60,000 bases of DNA from Callorhinchus milii (GCF_018977255.1 NW_024704743.1:104968001-105028000); one strand, 5' to 3'. Positions 13,493 to 26,368 are shown, counted from the first letter of the stretch. The notes: generated by a model not told the origin, from the letters alone. Translations and numbers: made by a program.

Positions 13493-13714
13493 CTTCTGTG
13501 TGTGACAAAACTGCCATTAATGTGACCAGTCCCATCACAGCCTGGCGTAGGGCAGGCTGTGCTTTCTGCTTTGCCAGGTTTCCAAGGGAACTGGGACCCG
13601 TTCAGAGCAGTTTCCTTCTGTCTCTTTGCAGCTAGTGGGCAACCTGACGCACTGCGATGGGAGGAGTACTTGCCAGAGATGTGACCCTGCCCATCACAGC
13701 CTATCACCGGGCAT
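13493..13714 (-). CDS. ST18: ST18 exon, finger 5 and first half of finger 6
   Basis: [26 protein letters not shown]...[20 protein letters not shown]. tttcag acceptor, AG|gttagt donor. Confidence 0.95.
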
Positions 13715-14364
13715 CTGAAACAAATAAAACACAGTGCTGCCAAATGACCATACTTCTGTACAAATCAATTGTCTCTTTGTGTGAAGCGTGAGCTACAAAT
13801 TCACAGCACATTTTTCGTTATTTTTAAAATGTACATGGAAAAGTTTTGTTTATTATACACCAACTGATCGTAAAATACATTTTCCACAAGAGAAATCCAG
13901 GTCATGACTTTAGTGGAAATACTATTATTTCGAACTCACTGTAACATCTATTTAAACTGTCGATTGTTTCTGAATACTCTGGAAATTAAGCTTTCAATGC
14001 GTTTACTTGAATTCTGTCACAGGAATGGGAGAAGGCAATTCAGCTTTAAGAGCCTATTCTGCCATTGCATTAGCTCATCGCTGATGTTTAAATTACATTT
14101 GCCCACTTTTTCTCCATTATCCCTTAATATCCTCTGCTTCCTAAATATTTATCTCCTTTTTCAACATCTCCTTTTTGTGCTATCAATTCTAAATCTATGG
14201 CCTTTTGGAGGCAGTGCACTCAACTTCCAGAGTGGCTCTTTGCAATTCCCAAAAGCAGACAAACTGCACAAAAAAATCTCCTTAGGTCTGTGCCAACAGG
14301 TACCTTCTAATTCACTCTCTCTCCAAATAGAATTTGTAAGCTAATCAGCTGTTGCCGTCCGTAC

Positions 14365-14448
14365 CTGATTAGTTCCGCATCTTCTTTGTCATCCTTACTG
14401 GGGGTCAGTTTAATGCCACCTTTTTTTGCACGTGGGCATCCCGATAAG
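14365..14448 (-). CDS. ST18: ST18 exon, [28 protein letters not shown]
   Basis: tcttccag acceptor, AG|gtacgg donor. Preceded by a 96-nt intron. Confidence 0.93.
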
Positions 14449-14544
14449 CTGGAAGATACAATGAATAGTACATTCATGTATAGTGAATCCAGCGTTTGCA
14501 AACACTGGCCTTATGACTTGCAGTATTATGTTAACCTGGCTTAC

Positions 14545-14607
14545 CTTCTGTGTGAAGCATAGTTGCCAGTCACGTGACCGGAGCCATCACAACCAGGTGT
14601 CGGACAC
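14545..14607 (-). CDS. ST18: ST18 63-nt exon, [20 protein letters not shown] (finger 4, first half)
   Basis: ttgttag acceptor, AG|gtaagc donor. Confidence 0.95.
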
Positions 14608-16164
14608 CTAACAAAAAGAGACGAGGTAAGAATTTTAGAGCAGCCAAGGAACTGTATGTAAAGACAGGCATTATACTTTTTGGACTGTGATCTGGTATTA
14701 AATCAATTTTCTGTCTGATTATTAAGAACACAGCAATCAGATTTGCAGCTGATGCACTGTGGACACCTCACACAGATGTGAACATAATACCCTCCATGTC
14801 CTGAGGAAGCTTCAGCAGTGAGTTTGACAATCTGGACAACATTCTAGCTGGTCTTCAGACACAGCAGGCTTGATGTTATAGTGTTACAAGTATAACAAAT
14901 TAATTCAACTGCCAACAACACAAAGGTACCATCTACACTACAGATACACAATTTTTATCTCGTTTATTTCCAGTTGTACTTTTGCAGCATTCAGTGCTTT
15001 TCAGACACCTGGCTGACCAACAAAACAGCATGTTGGTGTTCATGTTGGTGTTTGGACTCACCAGGTTGGTTGGAGCATTTTTAAAAGTTTGAGGCACAAC
15101 AAAGCTTATAAGTGATATAAGTAAAACAGCATTCGGATACAAAGGATTTTTTTTCCTTCTCAACATTGCATTGTAATTGTATTCCTTCCAAATCAGTACT
15201 CCCTCCCTCCACAGGTAGCATTTCCCCTTGCCTCCTCCCTCAGATGACACCACCACAAGTGTCCTTGCAATTGGACCGGCAAATACGTGCAAACAAATTG
15301 ACATTAAACCTGCAAATTCTGCAGTGCAAAGTGAATGGAATGAACATCTTCAAATACTAGCCATTTTGCAAGTATCTAGGGTGGTCCAAATGGGGTTTAG
15401 AAGGCAACACAATGACTTAGAACAATGAGCTTGATTCTGAAATGAAGCCACTCGTTTATTTAATGTTTGTTTTGCCCATTTCATTATCTGACTCAAAGGG
15501 TATTGATTAGTTAAAAACACTCTGGAATGATATTCCTTAAGTTGCTCACTACTGTATGTGAGAAAGCTCTGAGGTGAATTCCTATATCACCCCATTTTGC
15601 CTGTTCACCTTCCTGTGGGAAAGCAATTAGGGCTTGAATTTCTACTTTGTTTTAAATTTAAAAATCTCAAAATTTAAGATGATGAGATTTTAAGATTTAA
15701 GATTGAACAATATTATGGAAAATTCTCAGACTAATTTTAATTTGGAAGCTGTTCCTTTCTAATAACTGAACAAAACCAGCTTCTAAATGAATAATGAATC
15801 AAATACTTTTCCACAATTTTACAATACTAAATGTTAAGACAAACTGGTCTCACAAGCTAGGACTGAGGCGCAATTATGGCCCTCTTGGCATCTGCTCTGC
15901 ATATCTTCTTGATGATGTCCAAGGACTTATACTATTGGACTAGGCTAAAGCATTTTTAAAAGAATCAAAATCACCATACATCTCAAAGCTGTTTGGAATG
16001 AATGACTCTTGTAACTCTTGCATTATGAGCTATCACTTTTATCCTTATCCCAAACAACACTTTATATAGCAGTAAAACAACCAATGAACAAAGACCTACT
16101 ACAAACTGCGATTTTATCAGAGATCAACATTTTATTCCACTAGTGCATAGAATTAATCACATGA

Positions 16165-16345
16165 GCACACAAACACACAAGCAAACATACACATTCACAT
16201 GCACCCAGGCGCACACATATAATCACGCACTCATACACAAATTACACACGCATAATCTCATATATGCACACACCACACATAATCAAACATGCAAACATGG
16301 AGTCTCTCTCACACACACAATCAGTTACAGTCACAACAAACACAC
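16165..16345. repeat. Degenerate CA-rich simple repeat
   Basis: Imperfect (CA)n run. Confidence 0.7.
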
Positions 16346-16428
16346 AAAGAAGATTGCTCTATTCTATTGCAGACATTGGTATTTGAAATAGAGTCCTTTT
16401 TAATAAAGCTTTAAAAGAAGTAGGAAAT

Positions 16429-16800
16429 TAATAATAATAATCCTTGCATTTCAACAACCTTAACATGTTGTTGAGAGTCCCAAAGCGCTTCAAAGGATAT
16501 ACAAGTGGATTGACTGAATTTTTTGGACGAAATGCGGCAGCCAGTTGCATACAGCAATGTCCCACACACACCATGGAGCGAGTGATCGATTTTATTTGGA
16601 GGATCGTCGGCCAGGACACCAGGAGAAACTCCCTTCTCTTTTCGAATAGTGTCAGGGAATCTTTAACGTCCATGTGAACAGGCAATCGGGACCTCGGTTT
16701 AACATCTCATCCAAAGGATGGGACCTCCAACACTACATTGTATATCACACTACACCCTCAGCACTACATTGGAGTGTCATCTTAGACTATGTGATTCCAC
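16429..16800 (-). mobile_element. Older Deu-domain SINE
   Basis: Reverse-complement similarity to 49005-49432. Confidence 0.7.
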
Positions 16801-17023
16801 ATCCCACATATAGCAAAAATTATACTGACTGTCTCCCTGCTATAAACAGGCACTTTCCTCTCAACCTTTCACAGGGTGACACTGATAACAGGCGTTTGAG
16901 AAGACGGACTTGAGCGCACAATCAGTCTGGTTGAAGAAGGCTACACTGAAACTGGAGTTCTTGTTGGGAATACAAGGAGCAAACCTGGAAAAAAATTATA
17001 TAAAAATAGAGTTTGATGCCTAC

Positions 17024-17092
17024 TTCAGTTCCTGGGAGCTGGCGGCCATAAGACTCTTAAGGCTTTTGTCAGCTAAAGGACAACCGGAGACA
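17024..17092 (-). CDS. ST18: ST18 exon, VSGCPLADKSLKSLMAASSQELK
   Basis: ttttgcag acceptor, AA|gtagg donor. Confidence 0.93.
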
Positions 17093-18439
17093 CTGCAAAA
17101 AGAAAAATGTGTTTTTCATTACCTTTCTGATAATAAAGAAGCCCTAAGCAGGACAAAAAGCAACAAATTCCAAAAACAAATGTGTGTTTCACCTTGTTAC
17201 AGGTAAGCTGCCAACCGAGAATCACACCTTTAGATTTAAACTCTGCGTTCAATTGCATACTTTTTTTTCCCCAAATAGATTTTTTAAAATATTGAATCGA
17301 CGGCCAGATTTCCAGGTGCCAGGTTAATTGTTACATATTCTTAAGTTGGTTGGTAATATTTTAGAATGATTCAAAACACTAAAAGAAAGTTATAAATTCC
17401 TGCCAAACTCCTCAGGTGTATCATTTACAGTCATTGCTTACTGTGCATTAACCTGTGTCGTTGGCACCATCATTTCAGCAATGTATTATGAGGGGAGGTA
17501 AATTTGTGACATTTCAGAACTGAAATAGATGTGATTGATTTATTGCATTCAGTCTGTTGTAAAATGCTCTGAAAGAAATTCCTCTCTCCCCCACTTTATA
17601 GCTATATTAAGATGATAATTACAACTTGAAGATACAAATATCATCGTCAATAATCATCATGTTATGGAACATTCCACCCTGTCGGTGTCTGGGTGGGGTA
17701 AGAGCAACACACACTCCTGACTTCTTCAAAATGGGCCCAAAGTCACGGGCGGACTATTTTTTGCTATGTTAAGCCAGTATATCAGGAACTGTCACTCAAA
17801 TGTCACTCTCTTGGTCAACAAGCCACTTCAGCGTCAACCACATGAATTTAGTCGGAGTGCGTGGGTTACACCGTTTGGTCAGATACCAAATGGGTGGAAT
17901 TTTCTCTGAAGTGATCCCCATCACAACTCTCACCCATCTAAAATTTACAGCCAAACTGACTGCATTTTTCAGAATCCGCATTGGGTTCAAGTTTACGCTG
18001 GGGTCAAAAAAATGATTTGGCACAAGATTTGCTTGTGAATCTCGCTGTTGCACCACATTAGCATCACGTGGGCTCGTGGGAACGCTTGTTCTGGCGGGAT
18101 CTACCCCTGGTTGTGCTGGAGTGCATCAGAGTGCCACACACTCCGGTTTCTGCCAGGATTCAGTATCGATAAATCCTGTGTGAATTCAGGTCGCGAGTAT
18201 TGTGTTTTAGACCCTACTGAGACACTAAGTAAAGACAAAGGACGTGACCTAACATTTCTGTGTCACAGGATGGTTTCTGGATCATGCTATATTCTGCATT
18301 TGCAATTTGACATGCATTCAAACTTAAATTGCTCATGTTCTACTTTGCCCAAGAGATCAGACGTACGTGTCAATCTACTGTAAATGATAAGATATAATAA
18401 TAATAGTCCTTGCATTTGATACATGGAACATAGTAAATA

Positions 18440-18832
18440 GTGAGGAGGATAGCAGCAGACTGCAGCAGGACATTTGACAGGCTGGTGAAATGGGTAGACA
18501 CATGGCAGATGAAGTTTAACGATGAGAAGTTTGAGGTGATGCATTTTGGGAGGAAGAATGAGGAGAGGCAATATACAATAAATGGCACAGTTTTAAAGGG
18601 GGTACAGGAGCAGAGAGACCTGAGGTTCACATACACAGGTCTTTGAAGGTGTAAGGCAGGTTGATGGAGCTGTTAAAAAAGCATACGAGATCCTTGGCTT
18701 TAAAAATAGAGGCATAGAGTACAAAGCAAGGAAGTTCTGCTAAACCTTTATAAATCACTGGTTGGGCCTCAGCTGGAGTATTTTGTCCAATTCTGGGCAC
18801 CACGCTTTAGGAAGGATATCAAGACCTTGGAA
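18440..18832 (+). mobile_element. CR1 internal fragment
   Basis: WVDTWQMKFNDEKFEVMHFGRKN. Confidence 0.8.
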
Positions 18833-20418
18833 AGTGACAAAATAATGTATCTCAAAGCATTTCTCTTTTTTTNCCTTATTTCCCTTTGCAGATAGCGGAG
18901 GAGATTGTACCACTGTTGCAAATGAAGCCCAATAGTTTATTTTAAGTTACTCTTTTGTTTGCATTGGAATTAAATGGACATAATGCCCTTTGCAGAACTG
19001 CACAATAATTTGTATCAAACTATGTGTCAGAACAAAACTCAGCTAAAATACTTCCTGCAAGTTTAACAGGCAGCAAAACCCCCTTTGCACTATACAAATG
19101 AGTAAACTGAACCAGTGTGCAATATAAGCAATGCTTTAATACTACTCTAACCTCAGAGACAGCGGGAGTTTTTTTATTGTTATTTACTGAAACATATCGA
19201 GGAGATTAGCATGCATCACAATAATTCCTCCAATACAACCAGGTAAAAATTAATTTAAATCACTTAAAATTCAGATGCAATTCAGTCGAAATCACAAACA
19301 ATGCATACCATATTATTGCAGTGTGTCCTTTCAGATAAGCACAAGGGTAGTTTGAGATATTTTTTAACCAAATATGCAGCTTACTAGGAAGCAATTTTTA
19401 ATGCTGGCACAAATGTTGGGACAATTGTTCTGTTCAGACAAGATACAGTTATTGGCAGAAATCATCATGATGAAATTGTGCATATTGTGTGTAAATAACA
19501 AAGCACAGTCATTACCAAATTGTCTGTTCTGTGTTTTGTGTGCTGCAATTTAGTTATCAGGCAAATACTGGTATTGCAGCAGAAACTCTTATGCCCAGTT
19601 TCTACCGCTGGAAGAAAAGTGATATGTCCTCCAGCAGTAAAATGACTTGGAGTGTGGATGCCTGATTTATTCTTCCTGCTCGTAATCGCAATGATTGGGA
19701 ACACACACAAGAACGTGGTTAGAGAACTCTGATATTCAGTATTCGTCCCTCACATTTTGTTTTGTGAGGGCTGTCTGGCTGATTGGCTAGCATTAAAACT
19801 GGCCTCTTAAATGTTGTTTATAAGGAATAATTTCTGAGCACAGGACTGCCTTTACACAAGAGTTAAGTGTTGTGCTAGTCAGAAAACTGTGGAACTGCAA
19901 TGGGAAAAAAAGTCAGTAGGACTCAGGCATTACAGAGCATTTCCAATGGAAAACTAACCACTGCTCCCCCAACTCGTGAGTTAAAGGGGAAGAACACTAT
20001 TCAGAATGGGCTACAAAACATTTGGCACAATCAGGGTAATACAAGCACGTCTCTCTCAATCATTTTATTTCTGCAAAAACCCTAAGGAGGGCTCCAAAAT
20101 GGCTGAGTTGATGAAGCCATTAGCCTAGAGTGAATCTAACTAAGTAAGCAGCCACGCTCGATATCCACTTGTTTCACCATTGAATTAGCTGATCTGGGTT
20201 TAGCTATACAATGAGTTGAATAGCCTCTTATAGTGATGTAGATCTCTACCTTAAAAGGGGCCAGCAGTCAGGGTCCTATAGATATACTCAATGCCCCACG
20301 GTTCAGAGAGGAAAAATCATCTGAGTGGTGCCCGAGTGGATTTAGGATCAAGGGGTAAAATGAGCAAACAAAGATACTCTGTGAGATTTCAGTTTGAAGC
20401 TTCACCCTCAGTTGCCAG

Positions 20419-20676
20419 ATAATAATAATAATAATAATAATAATCCTTGCATTTGATATAGCGCTTTTTTTGGGAGGACGTCCCAAAGCGCTTCACAGAA
20501 CACACTGTAAAGTGAATTGACTGTATATTTGTGGGCGAACGCGGCAGCCAATTGCGCACAGCAATGTCCCACAAACAGTCTTAGATTGAAAATGACCAAT
20601 TTATTATTGTTTTTGGTTTTTGGAGGGATTATTATTAGGCGTGTGGAGTAAGGAAACTTGCCCAAGGTTTCACCCT
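20419..20676 (-). mobile_element. 5'-truncated SINE, same family
   Basis: Body and tail match the family. Confidence 0.88.
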
Positions 20677-21513
20677 CTGGGTACCCAGAGACAAGTGACA
20701 ATGTGCTATATATTTGGTAACAATGGGCAGCATGATACTTATCCAGTTAGGACTGCCCATGGCTATGCCTTGCAGGGCTGAGGAGATGTCTAAACCACCA
20801 AGCCTGCCCGGGATTACTGTAGACTCTGCATTGCTTTGCCAGCCATGTCTATCCAGAGCCATTTCAACCCTCCCCACATAAACAGAATATTTTAGATGCG
20901 AAACTCAAAGTGATAAACCGGGATTTGCACCCAGAATCTTCTAATCCCAGATTTGGTGTTCAACTGAGCAAACTGTGTTTTCCACATCAGCTGCCTGGGC
21001 TGATTTGAGTTTACATTTGAGTTTAATTTGCCTGATTTCCTGACAGATCTCCTTGAACAGGCCACCAGTCCTGTAATTTGTTGTTGTTGTCCTGTGGCCT
21101 TAAATTCCACCTAGCCTTAGCCTGTGAGCCCAATTTGTCTTGAAATGTAAGATGGGACGGAAATGTGACACATTATTTAGTTCTGTATTTGAAAGCTGGT
21201 TCTTTTTAAGAAGCTGCAGGAAACATACTTCAGAAATTAAGGCAGAATTTTATTGTTTTCCACAATTCTCTGTGATTTTAGATTTCAAAACAATACGTTA
21301 ATTGTAAATGGAATTTCAGGTCTCAATGAGAGACCCAGACATAGGTCACACAAACATGTTGGAACTCTTCTCCCACTCGCTTGTACAGGTGTAAAAATGT
21401 TACAGAATACAAAATAAAAATGAACACTAAAGTTTGCACGAATGTTTCTTAATTGCACACACACTTACAATAGACCATTCTGTTCCACTAGCCTAACTCT
21501 AACACTGATTTTT

Positions 21514-21912
21514 ATAATAATAATAATCTTTACATTTGATGTAGCACCTTTCACGTCAGGAGGATTTCTAAAGCACTTCACAGGAGATACTGTAAACTGT
21601 AGTGTATAGTGTAAGTGAATATGGAAGCCAATTCGTGCACAGCAATGTCCTATAAACCGCCTTAAAGTCAATGACCTATTTTACCTAGGGGATTGTTGGC
21701 CAGGACACTGGGAGAAACTCCCTCTCTTTCCGAGTAGTGTCATGGGATCTTTAATCTCCACCTGACGGACGGAATCGGTTTAACATCTCATCTGAAAGAT
21801 GGCACCTCCAACAATGCAGCACACCCCCAGCACTAGATGCGTGTGTCAGCCTAGACTGTATGAGTTCAAATTGGACTTGTATTCACAACCTTCTAACTCA
21901 GAGGTGAGAATG
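21514..21912 (-). mobile_element. Older Deu-domain SINE
   Basis: Same family. A more decayed relative lies at ~22120-22475. Confidence 0.7.
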
Positions 21913-22541
21913 CTATTAAAAAATGTACCGCATTCTGAAAGTACACATTTATTGTGTGTGAACACACTTAAATGGAATTGAAAGTTCAACTGGCAATAAT
22001 ACTGGAGAAAAAGCTGGTAAATAGTCATCCTCTGATAGATGTGAAAACGAATAACACACACTTTACTGTGTTGAAATGTTTCAAAGTGCTCCACATAATG
22101 ACTTACTTTGAAGTGCAGTGAATGTTCTTATTTGAGCAAACGTGGGAGCTGAATTGCACCAGCAACATCCCACAAAGGACAGTGAGATGAAAAATCAATT
22201 ATTTGTTTTTTTGTGAATTTAGACGAAGGAAAAAAAATAGGCAGATCAGCGGAAAACTTCCTGCTCTTCCTTAAAAGTAATACCATGAGATCTCTAACAT
22301 TTACCAGAATAGAGAACCTTGGGTTAGCACAACAACTGAATGTTGGTACCTGCAGCAATATAGCATTCCCTTTGTATTGCAGTGTAGTGTTAGCCTAGAT
22401 TACTCCTGATGTGGGGATTGAGCCCACAACCTTCTACTCAAGAGTCGAAATGCTTCCAACTGAGCCAAATTGACATAACACTTTCTCATCTCTGATAGTT
22501 CTTATATCACATTATCTTGGGGAGGGCAAATAAACTCATAC

Positions 22542-22604
22542 CTTCGGTGTGAAGCATAATTTCCAGTTACGTGGCCACTACCATCACAACCTGGAGTTGG
22601 GCAA
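22542..22604 (-). CDS. ST18: ST18 63-nt exon, [20 protein letters not shown] (finger 3, first half)
   Basis: tttcacag acceptor, AG|gtatga donor. Confidence 0.95.
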
Positions 22605-23338
22605 CTGTGAAAGAAGATAAGTAAGAAGTGTGCTCATTATATCAGCAGTTACAGTATCACCAAGATTAGCTTTGCACGGTCAGCCAGCTATTTATAGTCC
22701 TGGAAATCAACATGAATCACTAAGCCAGTATATTTCCTTATACATTCAGGGAAAGCTCTTTAAGTCTCAGGTTGCCAAAGGAGAAACACTTTGGCCACCC
22801 GTGATTGAGTATATTGCATCACTGGGGTGAAAATCGTAACTAGTGATATGTTAAAATTATCGTTGATCTTATTGTTGACAAAAACTGTCAATGTGGTCTA
22901 TTAACTGTCTGTGCAATCACCCTCTTCCCTTGTCCCTGAGCCTGTTGCAATGGGTGGGCCCGAGCTGCCTGCTACAACCGTTGGACTTACTGCTTCTGCG
23001 CCCCCACCCACCAAACCACTGAAGTGCTCCGTGCATTTAAACACAAGAAGCTCTTTGGAGCGTCTCCTATTAATCCATCCTGATCTACAGAGGTTTGAGA
23101 TTGCTGCAGCAGCATTCAGAACCGCAGCGTGTTAAACAATCATTGCATTAGATGTCGTGTCTATGTTGTCAAAATGACTCAAAGTGCTTCACAAAGTATT
23201 ACTGTCGACTGTCCCATAAACAATTTAACAACTAGAGGACTGATGGCCAGAACACCGAAACAAACTCTTTTTTTCAAATGGAATCACAGTATCTTAACGT
23301 CCACTTGAATGGACAGATGGGACCACAGTCTGATGTTG

Positions 23339-24204
23339 CAACAACAACAACAACAAAATTACATTTATAGAGCGCCTTTCACGTTGGAAGGACGTCCCAA
23401 AGTGCTGAACAGTCAGGTGTCAGAGCCCGAGCATGGGGGAGGGGGGTGGTGTAGGGGTGAGGGAAGGCAGAGAGATGGGAGGGAGACTAAAGGCACGGTC
23501 AAAGAGAAAGGTCTTGAAACCGACCTTGAAGGAGGCAAGGAAGGAAGTGATACGAAGGGACCGTGGGATGGAGTTCCAGAGTGTGGGGGCAGAGAAGCTG
23601 AAAGCCCGGCCATCGATGGTAGGGCGGGTCGGGCAGGAGACATGGAGCAGGCCGGAGCCCGATGAATAGAGGACAGGCTCTAAGGGAGTCAGCAGGTCAG
23701 AGAGGTAGGAGGGGGCAAGGCCATGGATGGCCTTGAAGGTGAGGACGAGGATCTTGAACTTGATCCTCTGGGGGATGAGGAGCCAGTGGAGTCGGGCGAG
23801 GGTGAAATTGACGGGGTCACGGAGCCTGGTGCGTGAGAGTACAAGAGCTGCAGAGTTTTGGATGATCTGCAGCTTGCGAAGGAAGAGTTGGGAAGGCCGA
23901 TGAGGAGGGAGTTCCCGTAATCAAGCCTTGAGGTGACAAATGCATGGGTGAGGGTTTCGGCAGCCTGAGGGGTGAGGCATTGGTGAAGTCTGGCAATGTT
24001 GCGGAGGTGGTGGTAGGCAGTGCCGGTCATGGCGCGGATGTGGGGGAGAAAGGACAGTTTAGGGTTAAACAAGATACCCAGGTTCCTGACTGGCTTAGTG
24101 AGGTTGAGTGTGCAGCCGTGGAGGCTGATGCTGCCAGCGCCTGAGGTGCGGAGGCATTGGGCGAGCCAATCAGGAGGGCCTTGGTGTTGCTGACGTTGAG
24201 TTGG
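23339..24204 (-). mobile_element. L2 3' fragment
   Basis: Encodes LNLTKPVRNLGILF...[15 protein letters not shown], with L2 tail and (TTG)n. Confidence 0.88.
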
Positions 24205-25582
24205 AGTGACGTTGAGTTTGATGTTTGATGCAACATCAAACCGAGGTCCCATCTGTCTATTCAGTGGACACGACAATGCTTGAGACATTATTTAAATGCA
24301 TTTGCAAAAATTTATGATTGAATATTTCATTTTTAGTGCTTGTGAGCAAGTACAATATCAATTCCTGTGAAAGACACAACACTCCCCCATGCGTTACCTT
24401 TTTCAATATATTACTGCAGATGCAACACAGACCTCTCTGCCAGTTCCTAGGGAGAGCAGCCTGGTGAAAGAGGAAAACATCCGACTGCATAGAAGACCTA
24501 TACTCTTTATGCTCTGTTACCTTTGTATCTAGCGTCTATAATGATTGGATGTGTTGATAACACATGCCACAACCTCACAAACAAAATGTTTAAAAGGGTC
24601 TTGGCACGCAATTTTCCTTCCTTTTTGACTTGGGAATTAAAATACTTGAGCTGCATGTTGCAGTTTGGTAAATAGATTAAATAATAATAATAATAATCCT
24701 TGCATTTGATATAGCATCTTATCTCGTCAGCGAAAAATCTCACAATGTTTCACAGAATTTTACTATGGAGTAAAGCTGTGACTTGTGTATTTTGTAGGCG
24801 AATTTGGCAGCCAATTTTACACACAGCAATGCCTCACAAACAGCCATGAAGTGAGTGCCAATTTTATCTTGGGGAATTGTTGACCAGGACACCAGACAAT
24901 CTCCCTCTTCTTAAATGAACTGAAGGTGCAAAGATTTATGCAAATGGTGCATTCAGGTGATTTTCATGGAATTGATATCATTATTGTATTACTGTGGGTT
25001 AAAACAGGTTGCTTTCCTTCTCAACACATGCACATTTAAAATAGGCAAATTTTAGTCTATGGGTGTCCTAATACCATGTGGTGTCTTTTCCGATGAAAGC
25101 TTTGTCCTCACTCCTAATTCCCAACACTAGGCAAAAATAGCATTGGTTGCTTGGGTGAGATGCTTTCAAGCATCTCTGCCCATGCGGAAGTGGATTTGGG
25201 GAGAAGACTGTTGTATTTGTTCACCTCCTCATGGGAAGTTGCTTGATATCTTCTTAATCGTTGTCATAATGAAACAGTTAAAAAGTGAGTAATCAATTTT
25301 ATTTGTAGGATTGTTGGCCAGGACATTGGGAGAAACTACGTTCTCTGTTGAAAATGTAGTTTACGTTATGAGATGCTTTTTCTAGTGGTGAAGCATTAGT
25401 TAAACAACTCTTTCAATACGAGATCTCTTTCAACCGTAGTGTTTTGAACTGAATTATATTAAACATCTGAGCAATTCATCAATCCATTGAAAGGGTTTAT
25501 TTGAAGCAATATCCTGCTGTTCATATAAGAAGTTAACTGTAGGATTGAGGTAAGTAATGATGAGGTGCATAATGTAACTTAC

Positions 25583-25698
25583 GTTATGAGTTCTTTCTTT
25601 GAATCTCTGCTCTGTATTTTAGATTTAGGACTTGAAATGGTGACATCACCAGGGTATTTCCTCTCCTCCATGCTTTCTTCAGGATCAGTCTCTTCCTT
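25583..25698 (-). CDS. ST18: ST18 exon, KEETDPEESMEERKYPGDVTISSPK...KKELIT
   Basis: cag acceptor (tandem CAG/AAG), AC|gtaagt donor. Confidence 0.9.
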
Positions 25699-26077
25699 CT
25701 GTGATCACAAACCAGTGAATAAATCAATACATCAATGGACTTGATGCAGCAGCATTTATGAACATTTAATGCTGGATGCAATACACAACTCTAAATGCTA
25801 ATTTACTACAAGTATGTTTTAAGCGCTGTATGAATAAACATTTATCTCGCCTGTTTTGGTGCCCCGCCTTTTATGACACTTTGCTGGATTTGCAATTGGT
25901 TCTCTTGTGAATTTAATAGCTTTTGATATTCGCAAATTGGAAGATCCAATTAATGCACAGAATCCACACATCTCAGATTAGAACCAAGAGGTAAAGATTT
26001 CTAACATTGTTTATAAGCTGCTGGTCCGGACCTAATTGCATTAGAAAGTAGCGTGAAGTAAATAGCCGGAATTATTA

Positions 26078-26272
26078 AAATAAACGCAAAATACTGCAGA
26101 TGCTGGAAATCTGAAACAAAAACAAAAGTCGCTGGGAACACTCAGCGGGTCAGGCAGCATCTATGGAGAAAGGAAAGTGCGTTAACGTTTCGGGTGCACG
26201 ACCCTTCATCAGATCTGAGTTGACTCAGTTGACTCAATTCTTACGAAGGGTCGTGGACCTGAAACGCTGACA
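26078..26272 (-). mobile_element. Penelope-like pseudo-LTR fragment with short inverted segment
   Basis: Matches the reverse complement of 40670-40800. Confidence 0.78.
26180..26216 (-). ncRNA. Minimal type I hammerhead ribozyme motif
   Basis: CUGAUGA-A-GGGU(cgugc)ACCC-GAAA-CGUU. Core intact, stem I weak. Confidence 0.55.
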
Positions 26273-26368
26273 GTGCAATTTTGGAAAAAAATGCCTAACA
26301 TTACAATTCCTCCAAGAAACCCCATATATTTCTTTCTGACCTCAGCTGTGATAAGATCTCACAGGTGA

